DNA of 64,000 nt from Thermoanaerobaculia bacterium (GTDB lineage Bacteria; Acidobacteriota; Thermoanaerobaculia; Gp7-AA8): NCBI GenBank assembly GCA_035544675.1, contig DATKCA010000283.1, positions 2,097-66,096 of the forward strand, read 5' to 3'. Below, in pieces: positions 28,799-38,725 of this stretch (the stretch's first letter is position 1; every line of letters begins with the position of its first letter). The notes under the pieces were generated by a model that did not search any database, was not told where the DNA came from, and worked only from the letters and a program-made list of their open reading frames with translations. The position numbers and the translations under genes were made by a program.

Positions 28799-30328
28799 TT
28801 GATGCAGGTGTCCCCGGCCAGACGATTCGTAGTTCTCCTCCTACTCCTCCTCTTCCTCCCTGTGGCGGCCGATGCGCAGGCGAAAAAGAAGAAGAAGACG
28901 CCCGCGAAGAAGCCCGCGCGCAAGTCCGCCCCTGCGCCCAAGCCGGAGACCGCGACCGGGAACACGCTCCAGGAGCGGCTTGCCTCTCTGGTGAACGGCC
29001 GGACCGCGTCCAGCTCCGAGGCGAGCATCCAGATCGTGGAGGTGGACTCGGGCCGGGTGGTCGCCCAGCGCAATCCCAACATGGCCGTCACGCCGGCGTC
29101 GAACATGAAGCTCTTCACGACCGGCGCCGCGGCGGATCTGCTCCGGCCGGACTTCGAGGTGAAGACGACCGTGTTCGTGCGCGGCGAGGTCGACGCGTCC
29201 GGGACTCTCGGCGGCGACGTGAAGATCGTGGGCCGCGGCGATCCGACCATCAGCGGCCGCTTTCACGACGGCCAGTCCACGGCCGTCATCCAGGAATGGG
29301 CCACCGATCTGAAGCGCGCCGGCATCAAGACCATCGCCGGAAACCTCGTGTTCGAATACGGCTACTTCGATACCGAATACGTGCATCCCACCTGGCCGGC
29401 CGATCAGCTCGTGAACTGGTACGAGGCGCCGGTGGCGGCGTTCTCGATGCAGGAGGGCTGTGTTCAGGTCCGCGTGCTCCCCGGCAAGGCCGGACAGCCG
29501 TGCGTGGTGCAGTTCGAGCCGCCCACGGCGTACGTGACCGCCGCGAACACGTGCGTCACCGGAAGGGGCCTGCCGTTCATCACGCGCCACATGAACTCGA
29601 ACACGATCATCGTGCGAGGGGGCGTGCCGGTGCGCTCCGGCGCGACCGAGGTGTTCGTGACGGTGGAGAATCCGAATCACTACTTTGCGGCGGTGACCAA
29701 CGAGACGTTTGCGCGGGCCGGCCTGGAGATCAAAGGCCATATCGTGATCACGCCGCGTGACGACCGGCCCGGCTGGAAAGCCGTCTCCGAACATCGCACG
29801 CCGCTGAACATCCTCATCTACGTCGTCAACAAGAGGAGCCAGAACCACTACGCCGAGCAGGTTCTCAAGATCCTCGGCGCCGAGATCGGGAAGGACGGCA
29901 GCTGGCAGGGCGGCGGTCTGGTCGTGACGGAGTGGCTGACCTCGAAGGTCGGCGTGCCCGCATCGGAGTTTTCGATGGCCGACGGCTCCGGGATGTCGCG
30001 CGACAATCGCGCGTCCGCGAGCTCCTTCATCATGCTCCTGCGCTACATGTGGAAGAGCAAGTGGCGCGAGGACTTCGTCAGCTCCATGCCTTACACGGGC
30101 GATCCCGACTCGAAGTTCGGAAACCGGCTCAAGACGCCCCCTTACGCCCGGCAGGTCTACGCCAAGACCGGCTACATCGCCGGAGTGGTCGGTCTGTCGG
30201 GATACGTCCACTCGAGCAGCGGCAAGGTGTACGCGTTCTCCTTCCTGTTCAACCGCTACCGCGTCGGCGTGTACGCCGTCTACCGGCTGCAGGACGAGAT
30301 GCTGAAAGAGATCATCGACAAAGGGTGA
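28799..30328 (+). CDS. dacB: D-alanyl-D-alanine carboxypeptidase/endopeptidase, peptidase S13 (PBP4/DacB family)
   Basis: Signal peptide + Lys/Pro-rich linker. SxxK active site (ASNMKL). S13 domain homology along length. Confidence 0.8.
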   Translation: MMQVSPARRFVVLLLLLLFLPVAADAQAKKKKKTPAKKPARKSAPAPKPETATGNTLQERLASLVNGRTASSSEASIQIVEVDSGRVVAQRNPNMAVTPASNMKLFTTGAAADLLRPDFEVKTTVFVRGEVDASGTLGGDVKIVGRGDPTISGRFHDGQSTAVIQEWATDLKRAGIKTIAGNLVFEYGYFDTEYVHPTWPADQLVNWYEAPVAAFSMQEGCVQVRVLPGKAGQPCVVQFEPPTAYVTAANTCVTGRGLPFITRHMNSNTIIVRGGVPVRSGATEVFVTVENPNHYFAAVTNETFARAGLEIKGHIVITPRDDRPGWKAVSEHRTPLNILIYVVNKRSQNHYAEQVLKILGAEIGKDGSWQGGGLVVTEWLTSKVGVPASEFSMADGSGMSRDNRASASSFIMLLRYMWKSKWREDFVSSMPYTGDPDSKFGNRLKTPPYARQVYAKTGYIAGVVGLSGYVHSSSGKVYAFSFLFNRYRVGVYAVYRLQDEMLKEIIDKG

Positions 30329-30335
30329 GGTGGCA

Positions 30336-30369
30336 TGGGGGCCTCGGGCCTCAGGCCTCGGGCCTCGGG
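30336..30369. repeat. tandem GGCCTCG heptamer repeat (x4.5)
   Basis: gggggcctcgggcctcaggcctcgggcctcggg immediately after dacB stop. Confidence 0.8.
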
Positions 30370-30439
30370 AGGACGCGATGCAACTCCCTCGCGGCACCTC
30401 TCCCTCCGGATTGCTCGGCTGCACCGTGAACGAGGGGGC

Positions 30440-30700
30440 TCAGCGCCCGACGAGCTTGCCACTCGACGGCGAGACCTGCAGCGTGTACACACCGCTCGTG
30501 CTCCGCACGGTCGCCACCGCCTGATAGCCGGGGAACTTCAGGATTGCGCCGATCACTTCCGCGCCCTCTTTCTTCACGAAGAGCCGGACCACGTCGTCCA
30601 CGCTCTCGGCGTCGAAGGCGTGATAGGCGACCAGATTCGGGTCGCGTACGGGCTTGCCGTCGTCGTCGGTGAGATGCCTCTGCTCGATGGTGAACCGCAT
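30440..30700 (-). CDS. small hypothetical protein (86 aa)
   Basis: [59 protein letters not shown]... Start at ATG 30700 (the longer ORF extension is antisense to guaB). No family recognised. Confidence 0.45.
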   Translation of the reverse strand: MRFTIEQRHLTDDDGKPVRDPNLVAYHAFDAESVDDVVRLFVKKEGAEVIGAILKFPGYQAVATVRSTSGVYTLQVSPSSGKLVGR

Positions 30701-30767
30701 CGCCTGGCGGTGGGCGTGCAATTCCGATGCATGAACCTCTGTTTTATACTGATCTGCGAGGCCGCGT

Positions 30768-32333
30768 ATGAGCGATGAACGAACCCTTCGAGACGAGATT
30801 CCGGTGATCGGCCGCATCGACCTGCGCGAGATCGAGCGGGCCGAGCCTCTCCCCTCGGAACGCTTCGCCGAGGCCATCGCCCTCGGCCTGACGTTCGACG
30901 ACGTGCTGCTCAAGCCGGCCCGGTCCGAGATGCATCCCAACTTCGTCGACATCTCCACCCGCCTCACCCGCGACATCCGCCTCAACATCCCCATCCTCTC
31001 CGCCGCCATGGACACGGTGACCGAGGCGCGGCTGGCCATCGCCATGGCCCAGCATGGCGGACTGGGCGTCATCCACAAGAACATGCCTATCGACCGGCAG
31101 GCCGAGGAGGTCGACAAGGTCAAGCGCTCGGAAGCGGGCATGATCGTCGACCCGGTCACCATGCGTCCCTGGCAGAGCATCTCCGAGGCGATGCATGTGA
31201 TGGAGAAGTACAAGATCTCCGGCGTGCCGGTGACCGACGCCAACGGGAAGCTCGTCGGCATCCTCACCAACCGCGATCTCCGCTTCGAGACCCGGTTCGA
31301 CCTTCCGATCTCCGAGCGCATGACCAAAGAGGACCTGGTGACCGTGCCGGTGGGCACGACGCTCGAGCAGGCGCGCGAAGTGCTGCATCAGCACCGCATC
31401 GAGAAGCTGCTCGTCGTCGACGGCAACGGCGACCTCAAGGGCCTCATCACCGTCAAGGACATCCAGAAAGCGCGCCGCTATCCGCTGGCCGCGAAAGACC
31501 CTCTCGGCCGTCTCCGCTGCGGCGCGGCGATCGGGGTGGGGAAAGAGGGCCTCGACCGCGCCCGCGCCCTCATCGACGCGAAGGTGGACGTGGTGGTCAT
31601 CGACTCCGCGCACGCGCATTCCACGGGCGTCATGGAAGTCATCCGCCAGTTCAAAAAGCTCTTCCCCGACACGCCGCTCATCGCCGGCAACGTCGCCACG
31701 TACGAAGGTGCCCAGGAGCTGATCGAGCTCGGCGTCGACGCGATCAAGGTCGGCATCGGTCCCGGCTCCATCTGCACCACACGCGTGATCGCCGGCGCCG
31801 GCGTTCCGCAGATCACCGCGGTCCTGGAGTGTGCGCGAGCGGCAGAGAAGTACGACATCCCGGTCATCAGCGACGGCGGCATCAAGTACTCGGGCGACGT
31901 CACCAAGGCGCTCGCTGCAGGTGCGCATTCGGTCATGATCGGCTCGCTGTTCGCGGGGACCGATGAGGCGCCGGGCGAGACGATCCTGTACCAGGGGCGG
32001 ACGTTCAAGGCGTACCGCGGTATGGGATCCATCGCGGCAATGCAGTCGGGATCGAAGGACCGCTACTTCCAGGAGGACGCCGACGCGTCGAAGCTCGTGC
32101 CCGAGGGGATCGAGGGGAAGGTCCCGTACAAGGGTTCGCTTTCGGCGATGATCCCCCAGCTGATCGGAGGGCTCCGTTCCGGCATGGGGCTGACCGGCTC
32201 GACGACGATCGACGATCTGCGGACCAAGTCGCAGTTCGTGCGGATCACGGCTGCAGGGCTCCGGGAGTCGCATGCGCACGACGTGGTGGTCACGAAGGAA
32301 GCGCCGAACTACCGGATCGAGTCGACCGACTGA
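30768..32333 (+). CDS. guaB: IMP dehydrogenase
   Basis: 521 aa. LTFDDVLL, catalytic loop [11 protein letters not shown], tandem CBS pair. ~30-aa N-terminal extension, so the true start may be downstream. Confidence 0.93.
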   Translation: MSDERTLRDEIPVIGRIDLREIERAEPLPSERFAEAIALGLTFDDVLLKPARSEMHPNFVDISTRLTRDIRLNIPILSAAMDTVTEARLAIAMAQHGGLGVIHKNMPIDRQAEEVDKVKRSEAGMIVDPVTMRPWQSISEAMHVMEKYKISGVPVTDANGKLVGILTNRDLRFETRFDLPISERMTKEDLVTVPVGTTLEQAREVLHQHRIEKLLVVDGNGDLKGLITVKDIQKARRYPLAAKDPLGRLRCGAAIGVGKEGLDRARALIDAKVDVVVIDSAHAHSTGVMEVIRQFKKLFPDTPLIAGNVATYEGAQELIELGVDAIKVGIGPGSICTTRVIAGAGVPQITAVLECARAAEKYDIPVISDGGIKYSGDVTKALAAGAHSVMIGSLFAGTDEAPGETILYQGRTFKAYRGMGSIAAMQSGSKDRYFQEDADASKLVPEGIEGKVPYKGSLSAMIPQLIGGLRSGMGLTGSTTIDDLRTKSQFVRITAAGLRESHAHDVVVTKEAPNYRIESTD

Positions 32334-32483
32334 GTTTCCACGAATTCACACGGCCGCGCTTGACATATATGCTATGGCGCCATACTGTGCCATCGCATGC
32401 GCTCAGGACTTATTTGCGTCCCGTCCCTCATCATCGCTGAGCGCCCCAGAACTCAACCGATCGCTTTCCTCAGGAGGATCCAC

Positions 32484-33788
32484 TTGCGTTTGCTCGTTTC
32501 CCTTCTCACGCTTCTCGTCTCTTCGTCACTCTTCGCCCAGGCCAGAGTCTCCTTCACGCCGGCGGCTCCCACCGACGCGCAGCCGATCTCCATTCGCGTC
32601 AGCGACGTCAACCCGACCACGGCTGTGCCCGGCTGTCCCCAGGTGACGGTCATCGGATCGCGGATCCATGTGATCACCACGTGCGGGGGCGGCGTAGGGG
32701 GGGCAGTGCCGACGCCGTTCTCGTTCGAGGTGTCGGCCGGTCCGCTTCCGGCTGGGCGGTACGAGGTGTTCTATCCGAGCCAGCTGAACGCCCCCCCCGT
32801 CGCGCTGACCTCCATCACGGTCCGGGAGGCCGCTCCGGCGTTCCGGGTCATCCCCGATGTTGCGTCCGGGGACGGCGTGGAGGAGGTCCGCATCGTCGGA
32901 GTGAACGTCGGAACCGGCGCGCCGGTGGTCCGATTCGGGGACTCGATGGGCACGGTGACGAGCATCGTCTCGGCAAACGAGATCGTCGCGCGCCTGCCGC
33001 CGCGGGGGCCGGGAATCGTCGATGTGACGGTGAACAGCGGCGCCGCGACATCCACGTCACGGGCGGCGTTCCAGTTCTTCGATCGGAGCGGCGAGCGCGA
33101 TCCCGCGTTCTTCGAGCCAGTCATGTTCCCCGTCATTTTCAACGGTGCCGGACCGTTCGGCGCCCAGTGGGACACGGAGGTGACGCTCCACAACGCGAAC
33201 GACTACTTCGTCACGGCGCCGGGAAACATCTTCACGACGTTCTGCTTCCCCGGCTGCGACCCGCGGCCGGCTCCGCGGAGCAGCATCATCGTGCTCGGTC
33301 AGCATCGTCCGGACGGCCGGATCGAGTATTTCCCGCGGCAGGCCATGCCGCGGCTGAACTTCAACATCAACGTCCGTGATCTCTCCCGCGGCGACCTGAA
33401 CCTGGGGAGCGAGGTCCCGGTGCTCCGGGAAGACGACCTCTACGATCGCGCCTTCGCCATCTCCAACATTCCGGTGGACCGCCGCTACCGCATCTCCCTG
33501 CGTGTGTACGACACCGCCGGACCGAGCTCGGTCCGGCTGCGCATCCACAAGGTGAATACCGAGACGCCTTTCGTCGACGAGGTGGTGCAGCTCTCGCCGA
33601 ACCTCGATAGCGGCGCGGCCACGTTCATGATCGGCGATCTCGTCGGCGTCCATCCGCAGCTGGCCGGCCGCGGGCCGCTCCGCATCGACATCGCCCCGCT
33701 CGCGGAGCCGACCTCGCGCTCGCTGTGGGGCATGGTCTCGATCACGAACAACGAGACCAATCAGGTGACGATCGTTTCACCGCATTGA
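32484..33788 (+). CDS. secreted IPT/TIG-domain protein
   Basis: TTG start 6 nt after AGGAGG. Signal peptide LRLLVSLLTLLVSSSLFAQA. IPT/TIG-like segment EVRIVGVNVGTGAPVVRFGDSMGTVTSIVSANEIVARLPP. Confidence 0.6.
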   Translation: MRLLVSLLTLLVSSSLFAQARVSFTPAAPTDAQPISIRVSDVNPTTAVPGCPQVTVIGSRIHVITTCGGGVGGAVPTPFSFEVSAGPLPAGRYEVFYPSQLNAPPVALTSITVREAAPAFRVIPDVASGDGVEEVRIVGVNVGTGAPVVRFGDSMGTVTSIVSANEIVARLPPRGPGIVDVTVNSGAATSTSRAAFQFFDRSGERDPAFFEPVMFPVIFNGAGPFGAQWDTEVTLHNANDYFVTAPGNIFTTFCFPGCDPRPAPRSSIIVLGQHRPDGRIEYFPRQAMPRLNFNINVRDLSRGDLNLGSEVPVLREDDLYDRAFAISNIPVDRRYRISLRVYDTAGPSSVRLRIHKVNTETPFVDEVVQLSPNLDSGAATFMIGDLVGVHPQLAGRGPLRIDIAPLAEPTSRSLWGMVSITNNETNQVTIVSPH

Positions 33789-33792
33789 CCTC

Positions 33793-33866
33793 GCGCGGGG
33801 CTCCGGGCTCGGGGCCAGCGGCTCGGGGGAACGACTGGTCGCCCTGAGCCCTGAGCCCGGAGCCCG
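33793..33866. repeat. REP-like hairpin (GGGCTCC/GGGCTCG vs GAGCCCT/GAGCCCG units)
   Basis: gcggggctccgggctcggggcc...gccctgagccctgagcccggagcccg: long imperfect inverted repeat. Confidence 0.75.
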
Positions 33867-33881
33867 ATTACACTGCGCCGC

Positions 33882-34292
33882 GTGAACTATCCCGAGATCG
33901 ATGACCTCCCCGACTTTCCGGTCGAGGCCGGCTTCGCGGTCGAGCTCCGCGAAGCCGTCGACGGCGGGCTTCACGTTCACTTCGTCCGCTCGGCCGGCGG
34001 GGAGGAGCTGGCGCGCTTCCCGGCGTGGGATCACGCGGACCGTGACCTGCGCCACTTCACGCCGTACGACGTGCCGATCGGGAGCATCGACGAGCCCTAC
34101 GGCGACTCCGACGAGGCGTGGCGCATCCAGATCTTCGAACATGGAGGCTTCGTCTATGTGCTGCAGGGCGACGAGCCTCATGCCGAGGAGTTCGAGATGT
34201 TCTTCAGGGTGCCGCGGGATCAGTACCTGCAGGCGTGGGCGTTCGTGATCGACGCGTACAACCCGATCACGCCGCTCGACGACGCGAGCTGA
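33882..34292 (+). CDS. hypothetical protein (136 aa), translationally coupled to downstream RNA methyltransferase
   Basis: GTG start. Stop overlaps next ATG (TGATG). No family recognised. Confidence 0.45.
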   Translation: MNYPEIDDLPDFPVEAGFAVELREAVDGGLHVHFVRSAGGEELARFPAWDHADRDLRHFTPYDVPIGSIDEPYGDSDEAWRIQIFEHGGFVYVLQGDEPHAEEFEMFFRVPRDQYLQAWAFVIDAYNPITPLDDAS

Positions 34293-35020
34293 TGGCCAGG
34301 CTGCGCGTGGTTCTCGTCGAGCCGCAGGAGGCCGGGAACGTCGGCGCTGCGGCGCGGGTGATGAAGAACTTCGGGTTCGAGGAGCTGTACGTGGCCGGGT
34401 CGCATCCGGAGCTCTTCCCCGTGGCCGGCTGGTGGGCGAGCGGCGCGGACGACCTTCTGCAGAGGATCGTGTTCACCCCCACTCTGCACGAGGCCATCGC
34501 CGACGCGCATCTCACGATTGCCACCACGTCCTCGCGCGGCCGGACCAGGCCCGCCGGTCTCACGCCGTCCGAGGTGGGGCGGGAGCTGGCCACCCTGGCC
34601 GGCGGGGAGACGCTGGCGCTCGTCTTCGGCCGCGAAGACAGCGGGCTGACCCGCGAAGAGCTGATGCTCTGTGGGCGCACCGCGTCCATTCCAACCAGCG
34701 AGTCGTTTCCCACGATGAACCTCGCGCAGTCGGTCGGCGTGTTCGCCTGGGAGCTGTCATCGGTGGAGCGCCGGGAAGCAGAGCGCGACCTCGCTCCGGC
34801 GGCGCACGTCGAACGGCTGCACGAGAGACTGGAGTCGCTGCTGCTGGAGGCGGGATTTCTCCACCCCGACAATCCCGACCGCATCTACGACGACGTCCGG
34901 GCCATGCTGGGCCGCGCCCGGCTGGATGCGCGCGAGGTCACGATCCTCCTCGGGATCATTCGGCAATTGGAGTGGTGGGGCGGGGGGAAGTCGAGTGGTT
35001 CTTCTGAAGGCAGTCGCTGA
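34292..35020 (+). CDS. SpoU/TrmH-family RNA 2'-O-methyltransferase (TrmJ-like)
   Basis: RVVLVEPQEAGNVGAAARVMKNFGF, ALVFGREDSGLT, SIPT...S.NLAQSVGV motifs of SPOUT class. Confidence 0.78.
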   Translation: MARLRVVLVEPQEAGNVGAAARVMKNFGFEELYVAGSHPELFPVAGWWASGADDLLQRIVFTPTLHEAIADAHLTIATTSSRGRTRPAGLTPSEVGRELATLAGGETLALVFGREDSGLTREELMLCGRTASIPTSESFPTMNLAQSVGVFAWELSSVERREAERDLAPAAHVERLHERLESLLLEAGFLHPDNPDRIYDDVRAMLGRARLDAREVTILLGIIRQLEWWGGGKSSGSSEGSR

Positions 35021-35390
35021 TGATCTCGATGAAGGTGTCCAGGTCGAACGGCTTGAGGATGGAGTTGCACACCGCGGCCTGCGGGATCTTCTCCACGCCC
35101 CGCTTGCCGGCGGCGGTGAACACGACCATGTGCGGGCGATCCGCGGGAAACGTCTCCGCGATCCTGTCGATGAACTCGTAGCCGTTGAGGCGCGGCATCA
35201 TGAGGTCGAGGAGGATCAGGTCGAAGGTGCCGTTCTGACGCACCCGTTCCAGACCGGCCGCGCCATCCTCGGCGAGCTCGACGTCGAACTTCATTCGCTT
35301 GAGCACGGCCTGCAGAAGCACGCGAATGGCCAGATCGTCGTCGATGACGAGGATGCGCCGCCCTTTGCCGTCAATCTTCGTTCCGGGCAT
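34956..35390 (-). CDS. single-domain response regulator (CheY-like receiver)
   Basis: Start ATG 35390 (MPGTKIDGKGRRILVIDDD). Phospho-acceptor LILLDLMMP, conserved T and K (FTAAGK). 3' end overlaps trmJ-like gene convergently by 65 nt. Confidence 0.72.
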   Translation of the reverse strand: MPGTKIDGKGRRILVIDDDLAIRVLLQAVLKRMKFDVELAEDGAAGLERVRQNGTFDLILLDLMMPRLNGYEFIDRIAETFPADRPHMVVFTAAGKRGVEKIPQAAVCNSILKPFDLDTFIEIISDCLQKNHSTSPRPTTPIAE

Positions 35391-35456
35391 ATTGAGACCG
35401 TGACCGACCTGCAGGAGGCGAAAATCGTGCCGGGCTGAAGCACTCGTCTCCTGCCG

Positions 35457-35990
35457 ATGCCAGATTACGAAATTGGAGTGCAACAGGCAATGGGCACTTT
35501 GCAGACTGAATTCGGCTTCCGGCCGTGGGTCCGGCGGGCCGGTCTGTCCATCGTGCTCGTTGCGGCGGCCGTAAGCATTCTGGTCGTGCTGTTGGTGGCC
35601 ATCCGTCCCTCCGCGGGCTTCGGGTGGGCGCGCGAGCCGTTCGTCTGGGCGTACATCGGCGTGCTGTGGATCGGCGGGCTGAAGGTGTTCGCCGGCTCAT
35701 TCGGCCCGATCGCGACGTTCGGGCAGTGGGGAATCGTTCTGCGGCCGATCCATCAGCTGCGGCGGACGACCATCCGCTGGACCGACGTTCTGGGGACCGA
35801 GCAGATGACCGGCGGCGACCGGTTGATCGTCTATCACGCCACCTCGCGGGGCATGCGGTTCGTCGCTCTCAATCTCAATCTGGTGAAGGGACGGCGCGAC
35901 TTCCTGCAACTGCTCGACGAGCGGCTTCGCGGAATGGGGTTCGTGGAACGCGTGGTCGAGCGATCGCGGTATCTTTCCAGGCCGGCATGA
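35457..35990 (+). CDS. hypothetical membrane protein, bacterial PH-like (YdbS/bPH_2-like) topology
   Basis: Two TM helices then a ~100-aa soluble domain. Weak. Confidence 0.45.
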   Translation: MPDYEIGVQQAMGTLQTEFGFRPWVRRAGLSIVLVAAAVSILVVLLVAIRPSAGFGWAREPFVWAYIGVLWIGGLKVFAGSFGPIATFGQWGIVLRPIHQLRRTTIRWTDVLGTEQMTGGDRLIVYHATSRGMRFVALNLNLVKGRRDFLQLLDERLRGMGFVERVVERSRYLSRPA

Positions 35991-37972
35991 GCGCGAAGAA
36001 GGAGATCGAGAGACTCCGCGCGGAGCTGGAACGGCACAATCGGCTCTACTACGAGGGCAGGCCGGAGATCAGCGACCACGAATTCGACCTGCGCCTGCGC
36101 CGCCTGCAGGAGCTGGAGGGTCGGCATCCCGAGCTTCATGATCCGAACTCGCCGACGGCGCGCGTCGGCGGAGTGCTGATCGACGAGTGGAGGACGGTGA
36201 TCCACGATCCACCGATGCTCTCGATCGAGAACGCGTATTCGCTCGACGAACTGCGCGAGTGGGACGCCCGCGTGCGCCGTGGCCTGGGCGTGGACGCAGT
36301 CGAATACGAGGCCGAGCTGAAAATCGACGGCGTTTCGATCGCCCTGCTCTACGAGGATGGCGTCCTCAAGCGCGGCGCCACTCGCGGCGACGGGGTGCGC
36401 GGCGACGACGTCACGCCGAACGTCCGCACGGTCCGCAATCTCCCTCTCAAGCTCTCCGGATCGAAGGTCAAACGGCTGGAGGTACGCGGCGAGCTCTTCA
36501 TCTCCAAGCGGGATTTCGCGAGGCTGAATGAGGAGATGGAGGAAGCGGGAGAAGAGGCGCTCGCCAATCCGCGCAACGCCGCCGCCGGATCGCTGCGGCA
36601 GAAAGACCCGCGGCTCGTCGCCCAGCGCAGGCTCAGCGGCTACGTCTATCACCTCGTCGCCGCGGACGATCGGCGCATCGCCTCGCAGACCGCGGCCTAC
36701 GAGCTGCTGGAGAAACTCGGCCTGCCGGCCAATCCGCAGCGAGCGCTCTGTCCGAGTCTGGCCGACGTCGAGGCGTTCATCGCGAAGTGGCACGAGGAAC
36801 GGCATTCGCTCGACTTCGAGATCGACGGCATCGTGGTCAAGGTGAATCGCCGCGAGGAGCAGCTCGAGCTCGGCGCGACGTCGAAGGCGCCGCGGTGGGT
36901 GATCGCCTTCAAGTATCCGCCCGAGGCGGCCAGGACGGTGGTGCGCGCGATCAACATGTATGTCGGACGAACCGGGACGGTCACACCGGTGGCCGAGTTC
37001 GACCCGGTGCGCCTGGGCGGGACCAGGGTCGTCAACGCCTCGCTCCACAACTTCGACGAGCTGGCGCGGAAGGACGTCCGCATCGGCGACGCGATCGTCG
37101 TCGAGAAGGGCGGCGACATCATCCCCAAGGTCGTCGAAGTTCTCACCGCCGCGCGGCCTCGCGGCGCGAGAGCGATCAAACCTCCCGTTTCCTGCCCGGT
37201 CTGCGGCCAGCCGCTGCACCGCTTCGAGGGTGAGGTGGCCGTGCGCTGCATCAACCAGGGGTGTCCGGCCATCGTGCGACAGTCGATTACCCACTTCGGC
37301 AGCCGGAAGGCCATGGACATCGAGGGTCTCGGCGACCAGACCGTCGCCGCGCTGCTGGAGGCTTCACTGCTGTCCGACTACGCGTCGGTCTACGAGCTGA
37401 CCGGGGAGCGGGTGGCGGCGCTCGATCGCAAAGGTGAGAAGTCGGCCCGCAAGCTCATCGAGCAGATCGAGAAGTCCAAGACCAACGAGCTGTGGCGGCT
37501 GATCTTCGCGCTGGGCATCCGCTTCGTCGGCGAGCGCGCCGCGAAGATTCTCGCCGAGCATTTCCGCTCCATCGACGGACTGATGAACGCCACGACCGAG
37601 GAGCTGGTCGGAATCCGCGAGATCGGGCCGAAGGTCGCCGAGTCGATCACGTTTTACTTCTCCGTACCGGCCAACCGCGAGCGCGTGGAGAAGATGAAGC
37701 GCCTCGGTCTCTCGCCGGCGCACGTCGCCACCGCCACCGGCGACCGGCTCGCAGGGAAGAGTGTCGTCGTCACGGGGACGCTCTCGCGTTTCTCTCGCGA
37801 CGAGATTCACCGGCTGATCGAGCGGGAGGGTGGGAAACCGTCGGGATCGGTCTCCTCGAAGACGGCCTACCTCGTCGCCGGCGAGGCGGCCGGGTCGAAG
37901 CTGGAAAAGGCCAGGTCCCTGGGCGTCCCTGTGTTGTCGGAAGACGAGCTCGTCGCCATGCTCGAGGCCTGA
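35987..37972 (+). CDS. ligA: NAD-dependent DNA ligase
   Basis: ATG 35987 overlapping upstream stop (ATGA). Adenylation KxDG (ELKIDGVS), Zn finger CPVCGQPL...C, HhH and C-terminal BRCT. Confidence 0.95.
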   Translation: MSAKKEIERLRAELERHNRLYYEGRPEISDHEFDLRLRRLQELEGRHPELHDPNSPTARVGGVLIDEWRTVIHDPPMLSIENAYSLDELREWDARVRRGLGVDAVEYEAELKIDGVSIALLYEDGVLKRGATRGDGVRGDDVTPNVRTVRNLPLKLSGSKVKRLEVRGELFISKRDFARLNEEMEEAGEEALANPRNAAAGSLRQKDPRLVAQRRLSGYVYHLVAADDRRIASQTAAYELLEKLGLPANPQRALCPSLADVEAFIAKWHEERHSLDFEIDGIVVKVNRREEQLELGATSKAPRWVIAFKYPPEAARTVVRAINMYVGRTGTVTPVAEFDPVRLGGTRVVNASLHNFDELARKDVRIGDAIVVEKGGDIIPKVVEVLTAARPRGARAIKPPVSCPVCGQPLHRFEGEVAVRCINQGCPAIVRQSITHFGSRKAMDIEGLGDQTVAALLEASLLSDYASVYELTGERVAALDRKGEKSARKLIEQIEKSKTNELWRLIFALGIRFVGERAAKILAEHFRSIDGLMNATTEELVGIREIGPKVAESITFYFSVPANRERVEKMKRLGLSPAHVATATGDRLAGKSVVVTGTLSRFSRDEIHRLIEREGGKPSGSVSSKTAYLVAGEAAGSKLEKARSLGVPVLSEDELVAMLEA

Positions 37973-37974
37973 GT

Positions 37975-38006
37975 GCGTCCCCCCGAGGCCCGAGGCCCGA
38001 GGCCCC
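37975..38006. repeat. CCGAGGC heptamer tandem repeat between convergent ligA and surA-like genes
   Basis: ccccgaggcccgaggcccgaggcccc read directly. Confidence 0.75.
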
Positions 38007-38007
38007 G

Positions 38008-38640
38008 TTACCGCCAGGCGTAGACGTCCACGTTCGCACGTTGCCGGAGCTGGTCCGTCCAGCGCGCAATGTCGTCCTGCAGCTTTGTCGAGCGCATCAG
38101 CGTCCGGATCTCCTCGCGGACCTGGCCGAGAGGCGGGACGGAGAGACCGCGCTGGCGACGCTGCCGTGTCCATGGGCCGGCGTAATACGCCTCGATCTCC
38201 TCGTTCGGGATGAAGATCAGCGGCGCAAACCGCTCCTGGATGTACGCCTCGACCTGGAGCTGCCGCTTGATCAGGGCGCGCAGCTCGTCCAGAGCGAGCT
38301 CGGCGCGGGTGAGTGCCGCGTCGAACTCCTCGGCCGAGGCGAAGCGACCCTGAATCTCGGTGAGGCGCGCCTCGATCGAGTCGCGGGGGATGTCCTGCGC
38401 GCCGAACCGCTCCACGTCGCGGAACCGCAGGAGCTGGGCGATGAGGAGGTCGAGGACGTCGCGTCGATGATCGTCCTCATCCGCGCTGCTCCGCGGGAAG
38501 AAGCGCAGCTCGACCATCTGCGACACCTCGGACACGGTCAATACCTGCCGGTCGATGATGGCCGCGATGCGATCGACCGTCACGCCAGAGCTCGCCTGGG
38601 CGAGCAGCAGCGAGAGCATTCCGAGGAACAGCTTTCTCAT
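38008..38640 (-). CDS. SurA N-terminal-domain periplasmic chaperone-like protein
   Basis: Start ATG 38640 (MRKLFLGMLSLLLAQASSG signal). SurA_N-like helical region, no parvulin domain. Confidence 0.6.
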   Translation of the reverse strand: MRKLFLGMLSLLLAQASSGVTVDRIAAIIDRQVLTVSEVSQMVELRFFPRSSADEDDHRRDVLDLLIAQLLRFRDVERFGAQDIPRDSIEARLTEIQGRFASAEEFDAALTRAELALDELRALIKRQLQVEAYIQERFAPLIFIPNEEIEAYYAGPWTRQRRQRGLSVPPLGQVREEIRTLMRSTKLQDDIARWTDQLRQRANVDVYAWR

Positions 38641-38654
38641 TGAAATCGTTAACC

Positions 38655-38683
38655 TTGACACTCTCGAGTGCAATTTCTACTCT
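38655..38683 (+). promoter_or_regulatory. sigma70-type promoter TTGACA-N17-TACTCT for hrcA operon, with embedded palindrome TTGACACTC-TC-GAGTGCAA
   Basis: Read directly. Exact 17-nt spacer, 42 nt upstream of hrcA ATG. Confidence 0.55.
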
Positions 38684-38687
38684 GGAC

Positions 38688-38714
38688 TTGGCGCTCCCGC
38701 CGCCAGACTGCTAA
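38688..38714 (+). promoter_or_regulatory. degenerate CIRCE-like element TTGGCGCTC-N9-GACTGCTAA in hrcA 5'UTR
   Basis: Consensus TTAGCACTC-N9-GAGTGCTAA. Halves match 7/9 and 8/9 with exact 9-nt spacer, positioned between -10 and start codon as in canonical HrcA-regulated operons. Confidence 0.45.
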
Positions 38715-38725
38715 CGACTGACCGA

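Noticed and set aside
30768-30860. Alternative later start for guaB to remove the ~30-aa N-terminal extension
   Set aside because: No in-frame ATG before the conserved [11 protein letters not shown] candidates exist, but none has a convincing RBS, so the ORF-track start was kept with a note.
38641-38725. Canonical perfect CIRCE upstream of hrcA
   Set aside because: Searched the leader. Only a degenerate 7/9 + 8/9 match was found. It is reported as a candidate rather than an established operator.
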